A model generated the notes under the pieces. The model was given only the letters and a program-made list of their open reading frames with translations. It searched no databases and was not told where the DNA came from. From contig JASFEA010000005.1 in assembly GCA_050125095.1 (NCBI GenBank), positions 1 to 47,709 on the forward strand: DNA of 47,709 nt. The letters run 5' to 3'. The DNA comes from a bacterium. Its GTDB lineage: Bacteria > Arandabacterota > Arandabacteria > Arandabacterales > JALGWA01. Positions 17,286-26,000 of the stretch are shown here, in pieces. The stretch's first letter is position 1; each line of letters begins with the position of its first letter. The position numbers were made by a program, and so were the translations under genes.

Positions 17286-19067
17286 ATGCAAAGGAGATCA
17301 GCCCTTCTGCTCGCTGCGGTGGTAATCGCGGTGAGCTTTGCTCTGCCCGCGTACTCCGCCGAGAGCGGCGGGACGCTGGATGACTGTCTCCATATGAACA
17401 TCCCGTCTCTGACGGCCAATCCCGGCGAGGACATAACCGTCCCGGTGTACATCTCTGATGTGACCGGATGGGGCGTGATGGCGTTTGAAGTGGAGATATG
17501 CTGGTGCGAGCTGCCTGCGGGCCTTCTCCAGTATGTGGGATGCAAGCCCGGTATGATGATGCACGACGCCAACTGGTCCATTTCATGCGGGGCCTGCGGC
17601 CCGAATTGCATCAGCGTGGCCGGCGCCGGCGCCGTCCCGCTCAACGGATCGGGACCGCTCTTCTATCTCTATTTCCACGTGAGCGCCAACGCCAAGCCTT
17701 GCATGTGCTGCGACATATGGTTCACCGAGATCAATTTGTATGATCCCGAGGACCCGCTCAATGTCTGCTGGAGGGACGGCGAGATCTGCATCGAGCACTG
17801 CGACGTCTACGGGGCCACCTTCACATGGTGGTGCACTTACGGCGACTGCGGCGAAGTCCGCTTCGAATACCCGCTTCCGGGTGTGAGGGCCCATGTCTCG
17901 CGCTGCGGCGAGCCCATCGCCACCGATTACACCGACGCGCGGGGCCTTGTCGCGTTTGAGTGCCTCGAGCCACTGCACAACAACGACGGCGGCCTTATCG
18001 ATTGCGGCTACTGCATGACCGTGGACTACTGCCCCATTCCGCGTGAATGGATCAACCCGTTCGACGCGGCCCTCATTCTCCAGTACCTGGTGTGCACCGA
18101 ACAGCTCGACTGCTGCGCCTTCCCGTACTGCAATGACCCGAGTCTGGGGGGAGGCATGGTGTACCCGCAGAGGATCGCGGCCGACGTCAACTGCACTAGC
18201 GTGATCACGGCGTATGACGCGTCGCTCATCCTCCAGTATGTAGTCGGCCTGATTCCCGCGTTCCCGTGCCCCGACCCGTGGGTCTGGGAACCCATAATCT
18301 TCTGCGATGAGTGCCAGGAAGTCTGCCCGGCGTATTTCTTCTTCTTGGGCATACTCAAGGGCGACGTATCGGGCATGTGTTACCGCCCGGACGAGACCCC
18401 CACGCTGGCTGCGACCTCGACGGTCAAGCTGGGCGTGCCCAAGCACTTCGACGGCTACGTGGAAGTTCCCGTCAAGGTCAAACATGCGGACAATGTCTAC
18501 TCGACCCAGTTCGAGGTCACCTACAATGCGGGTGACTTCGACGTGACGCAGGTGCGCGGCTCGGGCCTCGGAGCGGGCATGATGACGGCTTACAACGCCG
18601 ACAACGGCAATTTGCTGATCGCCATGGCGGGCTCCACGCCCTTCAGCGGCAACGGCACGGTTGCCACGGTCACGCTTCAGAAGAAGCACACGCCGATACC
18701 CGTGGCGTCTACGCGCTTGGAGCTGACGAGCGCGCTCCTCAACGAGACCGCTCCGGTGATCGAGGGCCATGAGTACGATGGCGAGGTGGTTCGTTTCGCG
18801 CTGGGCCCGGTATCGCCTAACCCGTTCAGGGACGCTGCTGTCATAAGTTACAGCGCTCCGAAGGCGGCGAGCGTATCGATCGGCGTCTATGACGTGAACG
18901 GGCGGCTGGTACAGACGGTATACAGCGGCCAGGTGGAAGCCGGCGCGCATCAGGTTACCTGGGACGGTAAAGACACCTCCGGATCCAGGGTAGCCAGAGG
19001 CGTGTACTTCTGCCGCATGAGTGCTGGAGAGTTCAGCGCCACCGAGAAGATGGTGTTACTCCAGTAG
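17286..19067 (+). CDS. Secreted Cys-rich cohesin-dockerin-cohesin-FlgD protein
   Basis: Same motifs as the 15193 gene; AGGAGG RBS; about 30 Cys in the N-terminal ~365 aa. Confidence 0.85.
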   Translation: MQRRSALLLAAVVIAVSFALPAYSAESGGTLDDCLHMNIPSLTANPGEDITVPVYISDVTGWGVMAFEVEICWCELPAGLLQYVGCKPGMMMHDANWSISCGACGPNCISVAGAGAVPLNGSGPLFYLYFHVSANAKPCMCCDIWFTEINLYDPEDPLNVCWRDGEICIEHCDVYGATFTWWCTYGDCGEVRFEYPLPGVRAHVSRCGEPIATDYTDARGLVAFECLEPLHNNDGGLIDCGYCMTVDYCPIPREWINPFDAALILQYLVCTEQLDCCAFPYCNDPSLGGGMVYPQRIAADVNCTSVITAYDASLILQYVVGLIPAFPCPDPWVWEPIIFCDECQEVCPAYFFFLGILKGDVSGMCYRPDETPTLAATSTVKLGVPKHFDGYVEVPVKVKHADNVYSTQFEVTYNAGDFDVTQVRGSGLGAGMMTAYNADNGNLLIAMAGSTPFSGNGTVATVTLQKKHTPIPVASTRLELTSALLNETAPVIEGHEYDGEVVRFALGPVSPNPFRDAAVISYSAPKAASVSIGVYDVNGRLVQTVYSGQVEAGAHQVTWDGKDTSGSRVARGVYFCRMSAGEFSATEKMVLLQ

Positions 19068-19101
19068 ATAGAGGATTCAACGCGCCTAGTGGGGCGTTTA
19101 T

Positions 19102-19136
19102 AAGGGGCATGTTCCCAGGGGCATGCCCCTTCCTTT
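19102..19136 (+). terminator. Intrinsic terminator (GGGGCATG family)
   Basis: AAGGGGCATG...CATGCCCCTT-CCTTT. Confidence 0.7.
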
Positions 19137-19238
19137 ATATCTTCGTAATTATCTCGCTCGGCATGTGCCGGCCGGAAGTGCCCGCGAACGCGGGCCCGGG
19201 ACGGATTCAGCTATACTGCGTTTCTTATCAGAAGACAT

Positions 19239-19267
19239 TTGACAAGGAAACATTCTTCTGATATACT
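19239..19267 (+). promoter_or_regulatory. Sigma70-type promoter (cassette promoter 3)
   Basis: TTGACA-N17-TATACT. Confidence 0.8.
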
Positions 19268-19381
19268 GCACGCGCAAGTTGCGAGAGGCAACCGGGGCAA
19301 GATACGGGGCGATTTAGCGGGGCTTCCAGTTCGCTGCTGGTGGTAAAGCCTCATAGAGGCGTTTAATATATTCCACTGCGC

Positions 19382-19400
19382 GTGGGGCAAAGAAAGGAGG
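19382..19400 (+). promoter_or_regulatory. Conserved 5'-leader motif copy 3
   Basis: GTGGGGCAAAGAAAGGAGG. Confidence 0.75.
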
Positions 19401-19467
19401 CGAGATGAACTACTTCCCCATGTCATTCTCAAGAGGAGCTTCATTTCCACAGGAGGTAAATACAACA

Positions 19468-21237
19468 ATGAGACGAATTCTGGTTCTTATGGCAGCCGTG
19501 CTCGTGGCGGGTGGCGTTGCCATACCTGCCTTTGCGGCTGAAACGGGGGGCCAGCTCGACGACTGCATCCATGTCCACATCGGCAACGTCATCGCCAACC
19601 CTGGTGAGGATATACAGGTGCCGGTCACTATCTCCAATGTCACCGGCTGGGGTGTAATGGCTTTCGATATGGAGATATGCTGGTGCGAACTTCCCGCAGG
19701 GCTCCTGCAGTTCACGGACTGCTCCCCTGGCGAGGTCGTCCTTAGCTCCGGCTGGATGCTGGGAGCCTGCGGCATGTGCGGTCCCAACTGCGTGACGGCG
19801 GTGGCTGCCGGCGCAACTCCACTGATTGGTGAGGGCGTTCTCTTCTATCTCAACTTCCACGTGAGCGCAAATGCCAAGCCCTGCATGTGCTGCCAGCTGT
19901 GTTTCGAGGAAGTCAATCTCTACGATCCTGAAGAGCCGCTCAACGTATGCGCGTATTGCGGCGAGGTCTGCATAGACTACTGCTCGGTCAAGGGCCAGAT
20001 CACCGCCTGGTACTGCAGGGAGGGCCCCTGTGAGGATGTCCATTACATGCCTCAGGAGGGTGTGAGGGTCCACCTTTCGCAGTGCGATGAGGCCATAGCC
20101 AGCACATATACGGACTCTGACGGCTTGTTCATGTTCGACTGCCTCGATCCTCTGGACGGCGTCCAGACCTTGCAGCCCTGCCCTTACTGCCTCGAACTCG
20201 ATGATTGCGCGGTTCCTCGCGCTCTGATCAATGCGTTCGACGCGTCGCTTATCTTGAGGTACCTGGTGTGCATGGACTATCTGACCTGCTGCGCCTTCGA
20301 CTACTGCGACGATTGCGACAAGCCAGGCATGGTCTACCCCCAGCAGGTAGCAGCCGATGTCAACTGCACCGGCATGATCACGGCGTATGACGCGTCGCTC
20401 ATACTGCAGTTCGTGGTGGGGTTGATTCCGGCATTCCCGTGCCCGACCAATTGGGTATGGTACTGGATGGACTGCTTCGATGGGTGCACATATGACTGCC
20501 ATACCTCGGTATGGGCCATCGGCGTTCCCAAGGGCGACGTCTCGGGTTACTGCTACGCCGGAGGCGGGAAACTTGCGTTGACCACGCCCACGGTCAAGCT
20601 GGGTATTCCAGAGCACTTCGACGGTTACGTGGAAGTCCCCGTGATGGTTAAGAATGCGGAGAACATATACTCCACGCAGTTCGAAGTCGAATACAACGCA
20701 GGCGACTTCGACGTGACGCAGGTGACTGGCGTCGGTCTGGGTAGCGGCATGATGACCGCATACAACGCCGACAACGGCAACCTCCTGATCGCCATGGCGG
20801 GCTCATCGCCCTTCAGCGGCAGCGGCAAGGTGGCGAAAGTAACGCTTCAGAAGAAGCACACGCCTATACCTGTCGCTTCAACGCGCATGGAGATCACGGG
20901 CGCGCTTCTCAATGAGGCCGAGCCCGTGATAGAGGGCCATCAGTACGATGGTGAGGTCGTTCGCTTCGCGCTGGGCCCGGTATCGCCCAACCCGTTCAGG
21001 GACGCTGCAGTGATCAGCTACAGCGCTCCCCAGGCGGCCAGCGTGACGATCGACGTCTATGACGTTAACGGCAGGCTGGTACAGACGGTGTACAACGGCC
21101 AGGTGGAAGCCGGCGCGCATCAGGTAACCTGGGACGGCCGCGACAGCGCGGGCGACAAGGTTGCCAGGGGCGTGTACTTCTGCCGCATGAGTGCTGGAGA
21201 GTTCAGCGCGACCGAGAAGATGGTGCTGCTCCAGTAG
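19468..21237 (+). CDS. Secreted Cys-rich cohesin-dockerin-cohesin-FlgD protein
   Basis: Same motifs as paralogs; AGGAGGT RBS before ATG 19468 (in-frame ATG 19405 also exists). Confidence 0.85.
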   Translation: MRRILVLMAAVLVAGGVAIPAFAAETGGQLDDCIHVHIGNVIANPGEDIQVPVTISNVTGWGVMAFDMEICWCELPAGLLQFTDCSPGEVVLSSGWMLGACGMCGPNCVTAVAAGATPLIGEGVLFYLNFHVSANAKPCMCCQLCFEEVNLYDPEEPLNVCAYCGEVCIDYCSVKGQITAWYCREGPCEDVHYMPQEGVRVHLSQCDEAIASTYTDSDGLFMFDCLDPLDGVQTLQPCPYCLELDDCAVPRALINAFDASLILRYLVCMDYLTCCAFDYCDDCDKPGMVYPQQVAADVNCTGMITAYDASLILQFVVGLIPAFPCPTNWVWYWMDCFDGCTYDCHTSVWAIGVPKGDVSGYCYAGGGKLALTTPTVKLGIPEHFDGYVEVPVMVKNAENIYSTQFEVEYNAGDFDVTQVTGVGLGSGMMTAYNADNGNLLIAMAGSSPFSGSGKVAKVTLQKKHTPIPVASTRMEITGALLNEAEPVIEGHQYDGEVVRFALGPVSPNPFRDAAVISYSAPQAASVTIDVYDVNGRLVQTVYNGQVEAGAHQVTWDGRDSAGDKVARGVYFCRMSAGEFSATEKMVLLQ

Positions 21238-21271
21238 GTTTATGATTAAATGCGCTCATTTGGGGCGCCTT

Positions 21272-21305
21272 AAGGGGGCATGTTCTCGGGGCATGCCCCC
21301 TTCTT
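21272..21305 (+). terminator. Intrinsic terminator (GGGGCATG family)
   Basis: AAGGGGGCATG...CATGCCCCCTT-CTT. Confidence 0.7.
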
Positions 21306-21435
21306 CTGTCTTGCTCCTTCCTCTGTAGGGCCGGATCCACGTCGTGCCTGCTCCAGGGACCCGGCCGCGAAGCCGGGCGGGGCGGAACCACACTTATTTT
21401 GATAAACCTTATTTTTAGCACTATATCTATTGCGT

Positions 21436-21464
21436 TTGACAAAGCGCATAAATTCTGATATACT
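21436..21464 (+). promoter_or_regulatory. Sigma70-type promoter (cassette promoter 4)
   Basis: TTGACA-N17-TATACT. Confidence 0.8.
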
Positions 21465-21547
21465 GCAAACCTGGTGCGAAAGTATTTCGGCGCCGGGGGC
21501 GCTCACACGCCCTCCGGGCACCGTAAGACTAGTATCTCCTTTTTTAC

Positions 21548-21566
21548 GTGGGGCTTGGAAAGGAGG
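21548..21566 (+). promoter_or_regulatory. Conserved 5'-leader motif copy 4 (variant)
   Basis: GTGGGGCTTGGAAAGGAGG(TGA). Confidence 0.7.
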
Positions 21567-21645
21567 TGACCCACACCGTCTTGTGCTTAACCCTGCCTTT
21601 GAGAGATGCAAATCGATCCATAGTCGCCTGAGGAGGACCAGAACA

Positions 21646-23421
21646 ATGATACGGAGACTGGGTTTACTGTTTATTGTCTCCGTTCTCGCGATGTCGGCCA
21701 TGGGAGCGCCGGCCTATTCGAGTGAGAACGGCGGACAACTCGATGATTGTATTCATGTCTCGGTTTACAGTGTCAAGGACGCGAGGCCGGGTACCGACAT
21801 CTTCGTGCCGGTCGTGATCTCAGAAGTCACGGGCTGGGGCATCCTCGCCTTTGAAATGGAGATCTGCTGGTGCGATATCCCGGCCGGGCTTCTCCAGTAC
21901 GTGGAGTGCGCGCCGGGCCCGGTGATGGAGAACTCGGGCTGGATGCCGCCCATCTGCAATCCATGCGCCCCAAATTGCATAAGCATCGCTGCCGCAAGCC
22001 CCATGCCGCTTATGGGTAACGGTCCGCTTTTCTACCTTAAGTTCCATGTAAGCGCAAACGCAAAGCCCTGCATGTGCTGCGACATCATGTTCGAGGACGT
22101 CAAGCTCTATGACCCCGAGGACCCGCTGAATGCATGCGTACAGAACGGGGTGGTCTGCATAGATTATTGCGATGTAATAGGCGTGCTGAAGCACTGGCTT
22201 TGCTTCTACGACCCCTGCGAGGGCTGGTACCGCGGGCTCGGGCTCCCGGGCGCCAGAGTGCACCTCTGGGATTGCCACGGTCCGGTGGCCAGCGAATACA
22301 CTGACAATATGGGATACTTCAGTTTCCAGTGCCTCGACCCGCTTGACGTCCAGGCTGCAGAGGGCGGGCAGGACTGCTACTACTGCGTCGGCATCGACTA
22401 CTGCGCTATTCCGCGCGGCTGGATAACCGCGTATGACGCCTCGCTGATCCTGCAGTATCTTGTTTGCGCCGACGGCCTGCAGGATTGCTACTTCACGCTC
22501 AACGGCGGCGGCATTTACCCGCAGCAGGTCGCGGCTGACGTTAACTGCACCGGCGTGATAACCGCCTACGACGCCGCGCTTATACTGCAGTACATCGTAG
22601 GCATGCTGCCGACGTTCCCGTGCCCCGATATGTGGGTCTACTATGTGATGGACCCGGGAAGCTGCACGTTCACCTGTCCGGCATTCATTGAGTTTGTCGG
22701 GATTCTCAAGGGCGACGTGTCGGGTCCGCCGGTCGGGGGCGGCGAGTTGCTGGCGGTGCCTACGGCGTACATGAAACTCGGCGCAGCCATACCGCAGGGA
22801 GACTATATCGACATACCGGTCCTCGTTGAGGACGCCACAGACGTGTTCGCGGCCGAGTTCGAGATGACTTTCGACAATGAGCGCTATTCCTTTGTCGATG
22901 TCATACCCGTGGGCTTGGGAAGCGGCTTCTTCCTGAGCGCGCGCGAAGAGGACGGCCATGTCTTCACCGCGATGGCCAGGGCTACGAGCTTCACCGGGAG
23001 CGGCAGACTTGCCAAAATCAGGCTGGAGAGGATTCCGGGGTCGATGCCCGGGGCGACGCTGCGGCCCAGCCTGGCGGCCGCCATGTTGAATGAGGGCATA
23101 CCGGAGGTCGAGATCATAACGCGGGGGACCATTCCCATCGCCGAGGAATTCCGGCTCGGACCGGTTTCGCCCAATCCGTTCAGCCAGGGCACTATGATTA
23201 CATTCAGCGCGCCCGGGGCGACCGAGGTGGCCATAGATATATATAATGTGCACGGCCAGGTCGTGCGCTCGGTCTTCAGCGGCACCGCCGACGCAGGCCG
23301 GCATGAAGTGGCCTGGGACGGCACCGACAGCCGCGGGTCAAGAGTGGCGAGAGGCGTCTATTTCTGCCGCATGCACACGGGCAATTTCAGCGCCACAGAG
23401 AAGATAGTGGTACTTCAGTAA
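21646..23421 (+). CDS. Secreted Cys-rich cohesin-dockerin-cohesin-FlgD protein (divergent C-terminal half)
   Basis: Same N-terminal and dockerin-like motifs; second cohesin more diverged; GAGGAGG RBS. Confidence 0.85.
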   Translation: MIRRLGLLFIVSVLAMSAMGAPAYSSENGGQLDDCIHVSVYSVKDARPGTDIFVPVVISEVTGWGILAFEMEICWCDIPAGLLQYVECAPGPVMENSGWMPPICNPCAPNCISIAAASPMPLMGNGPLFYLKFHVSANAKPCMCCDIMFEDVKLYDPEDPLNACVQNGVVCIDYCDVIGVLKHWLCFYDPCEGWYRGLGLPGARVHLWDCHGPVASEYTDNMGYFSFQCLDPLDVQAAEGGQDCYYCVGIDYCAIPRGWITAYDASLILQYLVCADGLQDCYFTLNGGGIYPQQVAADVNCTGVITAYDAALILQYIVGMLPTFPCPDMWVYYVMDPGSCTFTCPAFIEFVGILKGDVSGPPVGGGELLAVPTAYMKLGAAIPQGDYIDIPVLVEDATDVFAAEFEMTFDNERYSFVDVIPVGLGSGFFLSAREEDGHVFTAMARATSFTGSGRLAKIRLERIPGSMPGATLRPSLAAAMLNEGIPEVEIITRGTIPIAEEFRLGPVSPNPFSQGTMITFSAPGATEVAIDIYNVHGQVVRSVFSGTADAGRHEVAWDGTDSRGSRVARGVYFCRMHTGNFSATEKIVVLQ

Positions 23422-23446
23422 GAAACAGTGTATTCGGAGTGATGCC

Positions 23447-23472
23447 GGGGCCGCCGGGAAGCCGGCGGCCCC
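23447..23472 (+). terminator. GC-rich 3' hairpin (no clear U-tract)
   Basis: GGGGCCGCCGG-GAAG-CCGGCGGCCCC, 25 nt after the stop codon. Confidence 0.5.
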
Positions 23473-23556
23473 ACACCTGGCCTAAGGCATGGTTTATGAC
23501 GGGATTAGGGCCGATCGTGGACAGCATTCGCCCGGACAAAAAGATTGACACCCTGT

Positions 23557-23585
23557 TTGACAAAGGTTGATAATTCTGGTATACT
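23557..23585 (+). promoter_or_regulatory. Sigma70-type promoter (cassette promoter 5)
   Basis: TTGACA-N17-TATACT; extra TTGACA at 23545-23550. Confidence 0.8.
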
Positions 23586-23673
23586 GCATTCCCGGTGCGA
23601 TACGGGGTATGGCTGCAAGGCTCAATAACCCGAGGAGACACCTGTAATATAGGCTCTTAGCAACCTCCACAGC

Positions 23674-23692
23674 GTGGGGCAAAGGAAGGAGG
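23674..23692 (+). promoter_or_regulatory. Conserved 5'-leader motif copy 5
   Basis: GTGGGGCAAAGGAAGGAGG(TGA). Confidence 0.75.
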
Positions 23693-23784
23693 TGAAGTGG
23701 GAATTGCGATGCTATCCCGCCTGGAGGTCGATTCTAAACCTTTGTCTTTTGAAAGAACGTAGAATTAAGGGAGGGGGAGTAAAC

Positions 23785-25557
23785 ATGTCTAAAGGACTAA
23801 TGACAACTCTTCTTGCCGGGCTCATCGTGGTGAGCTTCCTCTTCGCCCCGGGTGCTTATGCTGCTGAAAGCGGCGGCACACTGGATGATTGCATTCACAT
23901 GTCCATAGGGAATGTGAAGGGGATGCCCGGCGAAGACATTATGGTTCCGGTCCTGATATCCGACGTTACGGGCTGGGGCGTAATGGCAATGGAAATGACC
24001 ATCTGCTGGTGCGAGCTGCCCGCAGGGCTCATTCAGTTCGAGGGCTGTGAAGGCGGCGAGGTCGTCGAGAACTCACAATGGTTCCTGGGCGAGTGCGGAA
24101 CATGCGGTCCCAACTGCGTTACGGCAGCTGCGGCCGGCGCGACGCCGCTCGTGGGCGGGGGCGTTCTCTTCTACCTCAAGTTCCACGTAAGCGCCAATGC
24201 CAAGCCCTGCATGTGCTGCGAAATCCGGTTCGAGGAAGTCTATCTCTACGACCCGGAAGATCCGCTCAACGTGTGCATCACGAACGGCGAGGTCTGCGTG
24301 CCCCACTGCGACATCTACGGCCGGGTGGTGCACTGGTGGTGCGAGCAGGAGCCGTGCGGAGACTGGATAATGCCGTATCCCATCCCGGGCGCGCGCGTCC
24401 ATCTCTGGGATTGCCACGGTTCGGTGGCGACTGACATCACCGATACCGACGGCCTGTTCGCCTTCGAGTGCCTGTATCCGCTTCTCGACAATAACGGCCA
24501 GCCCGTCACGCCCGACTGCTACTATTGTTTCGACGTGGAGCATTGCGCGCTTCCGAGCAGGCTGGTTACGCCGTACGACGCGTCGCTGATTCTGCAGTAT
24601 CTTGTCTGCACGAACGGCCTCAGCAATTGCGTGTTCAATCACTGCGGATACAACGTTTACCCGCAGCAGGTGGCGGCCGATGTCAACTGTACGGGCATGA
24701 TCACGGCTTATGACGCCTCGCTCATACTGCAATACGTAGTCGGCCTGATTCCTGCATTCCCGTGCCCGGATCCCTGGGTCTGGTACAGGTTCCCGTGCGG
24801 CGGGTGCCTGGTAGACTGCTCGCCGAACATGAAAGTCGGCATTGTCGGCCTGATCAAGGGCAACGTGTCGGGCAAGCCCGTTCTGACCACCACCCTCGTT
24901 CCCACGGCGACGGTCAAGCTGGGTGTGCCCAAGCACTTCGACGGCTACGTTGAAGTTCCCGTCAAGGTCAGGAACGCCGACGCCGTCTACTCGACCCAGT
25001 TCGAGGTCGCCTACAACGCCAGCGACTTCGACGTGACACAGGTGGTCGGCTCCGGTCTCGGAGCGGGCATGATGACCGCCTATAACGCCGAAAGCGGCAA
25101 CCTCCTGATCGCAATGGCGGGCTCGTCGCCCTTCAGCGGCGACGGCACGGTTGCCGTGGTCACGCTTCAGAAGAAGCATACGCCGCTGCCTGTGGCTTCC
25201 ACACGCGTGGAGCTGACGAGCGCGCTCCTGAACGAGACCGAACCGGCCATAGAGGGTCATCACTACGAAGCGGAAATCGTGCGCTTCGCCCTCGGCCCGG
25301 TATCGCCCAATCCGTTCAGGGACGCCGCGGTCATAAGTTACAGCGCCCCCCAGGCGGCCAGCGTATCGATAGATATCTATGATGTAAACGGCCGGCTGGT
25401 ACAGACGGTCTACAGCGGCCAGGCGGAAGCCGGCGCGCATCAGGTAACCTGGGACGGCCGCGACAGCGCGGGCGACAAGGTTGCCAGGGGCGTGTACTTC
25501 TGCCGCATGAGCGCCGGGGAGTTCAGCGCCACCGAGAAGATGGTGATGCTGCAGTAG
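23785..25557 (+). CDS. Secreted Cys-rich cohesin-dockerin-cohesin-FlgD protein
   Basis: Same motifs as paralogs; GGAGGGGGAG RBS. Confidence 0.85.
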   Translation: MSKGLMTTLLAGLIVVSFLFAPGAYAAESGGTLDDCIHMSIGNVKGMPGEDIMVPVLISDVTGWGVMAMEMTICWCELPAGLIQFEGCEGGEVVENSQWFLGECGTCGPNCVTAAAAGATPLVGGGVLFYLKFHVSANAKPCMCCEIRFEEVYLYDPEDPLNVCITNGEVCVPHCDIYGRVVHWWCEQEPCGDWIMPYPIPGARVHLWDCHGSVATDITDTDGLFAFECLYPLLDNNGQPVTPDCYYCFDVEHCALPSRLVTPYDASLILQYLVCTNGLSNCVFNHCGYNVYPQQVAADVNCTGMITAYDASLILQYVVGLIPAFPCPDPWVWYRFPCGGCLVDCSPNMKVGIVGLIKGNVSGKPVLTTTLVPTATVKLGVPKHFDGYVEVPVKVRNADAVYSTQFEVAYNASDFDVTQVVGSGLGAGMMTAYNAESGNLLIAMAGSSPFSGDGTVAVVTLQKKHTPLPVASTRVELTSALLNETEPAIEGHHYEAEIVRFALGPVSPNPFRDAAVISYSAPQAASVSIDIYDVNGRLVQTVYSGQAEAGAHQVTWDGRDSAGDKVARGVYFCRMSAGEFSATEKMVMLQ

Positions 25558-25581
25558 GCTCCCGGGCCGGACAGCCTTAAG

Positions 25582-25617
25582 TGAAGGGGACCGTTCGCCC
25601 TGAACGGTCCCCTTTTC
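25582..25617 (+). terminator. Intrinsic terminator
   Basis: AAGGGGACCGTTC...GAACGGTCCCCTT-TT. Confidence 0.75.
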
Positions 25618-25885
25618 ATCTGTCTGTTTCGGCTTGTCTGTTTTCGGTGGTTTACAGCACATGGCGGGGGCTTATGGCAGGCTCCTTCGCCGTTGGGCCT
25701 CGTGGCCGGGCCCCGTCGCCGCGTTTCGCGGCCGTTTCCCATTGGCTTCCCTTTTCAGCTTGATTAAAAATCAGTGTTCTGGTATCTTTTCATGGTTTCG
25801 TTGCCAAACCGGGGTCGGCCGCCTGAGGGAACCCGGTGCCCATCGAATCAGGCGGATACAGAGGTTTTGCCTCAGGATTTTTCAG

Positions 25886-25914
25886 TTGACAAGGGGACCC
25901 GGACTGTATATCCT
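25886..25914 (+). promoter_or_regulatory. Probable promoter of hydrogenase operon
   Basis: TTGACA-N17-TATCCT, 86 nt upstream of ATG 26001. Confidence 0.5.
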
Positions 25915-26000
25915 AACCGTCCGTATGCTTTAGAATCCTTTCAATCACGTGTGGATTGGTGCGCTATAACTATGCGCATGTCCAGAGGGGATAGCTAAGT

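Noticed and set aside
17286-25557. Diversity-generating retroelement acting on the paralogs
   Set aside because: No reverse transcriptase in the window, and differences between similar segments are not adenine-specific.
4283-25557. Classical cellulosome cluster
   Set aside because: No glycoside hydrolase, CBM3, SLH or sortase motifs were recognised.
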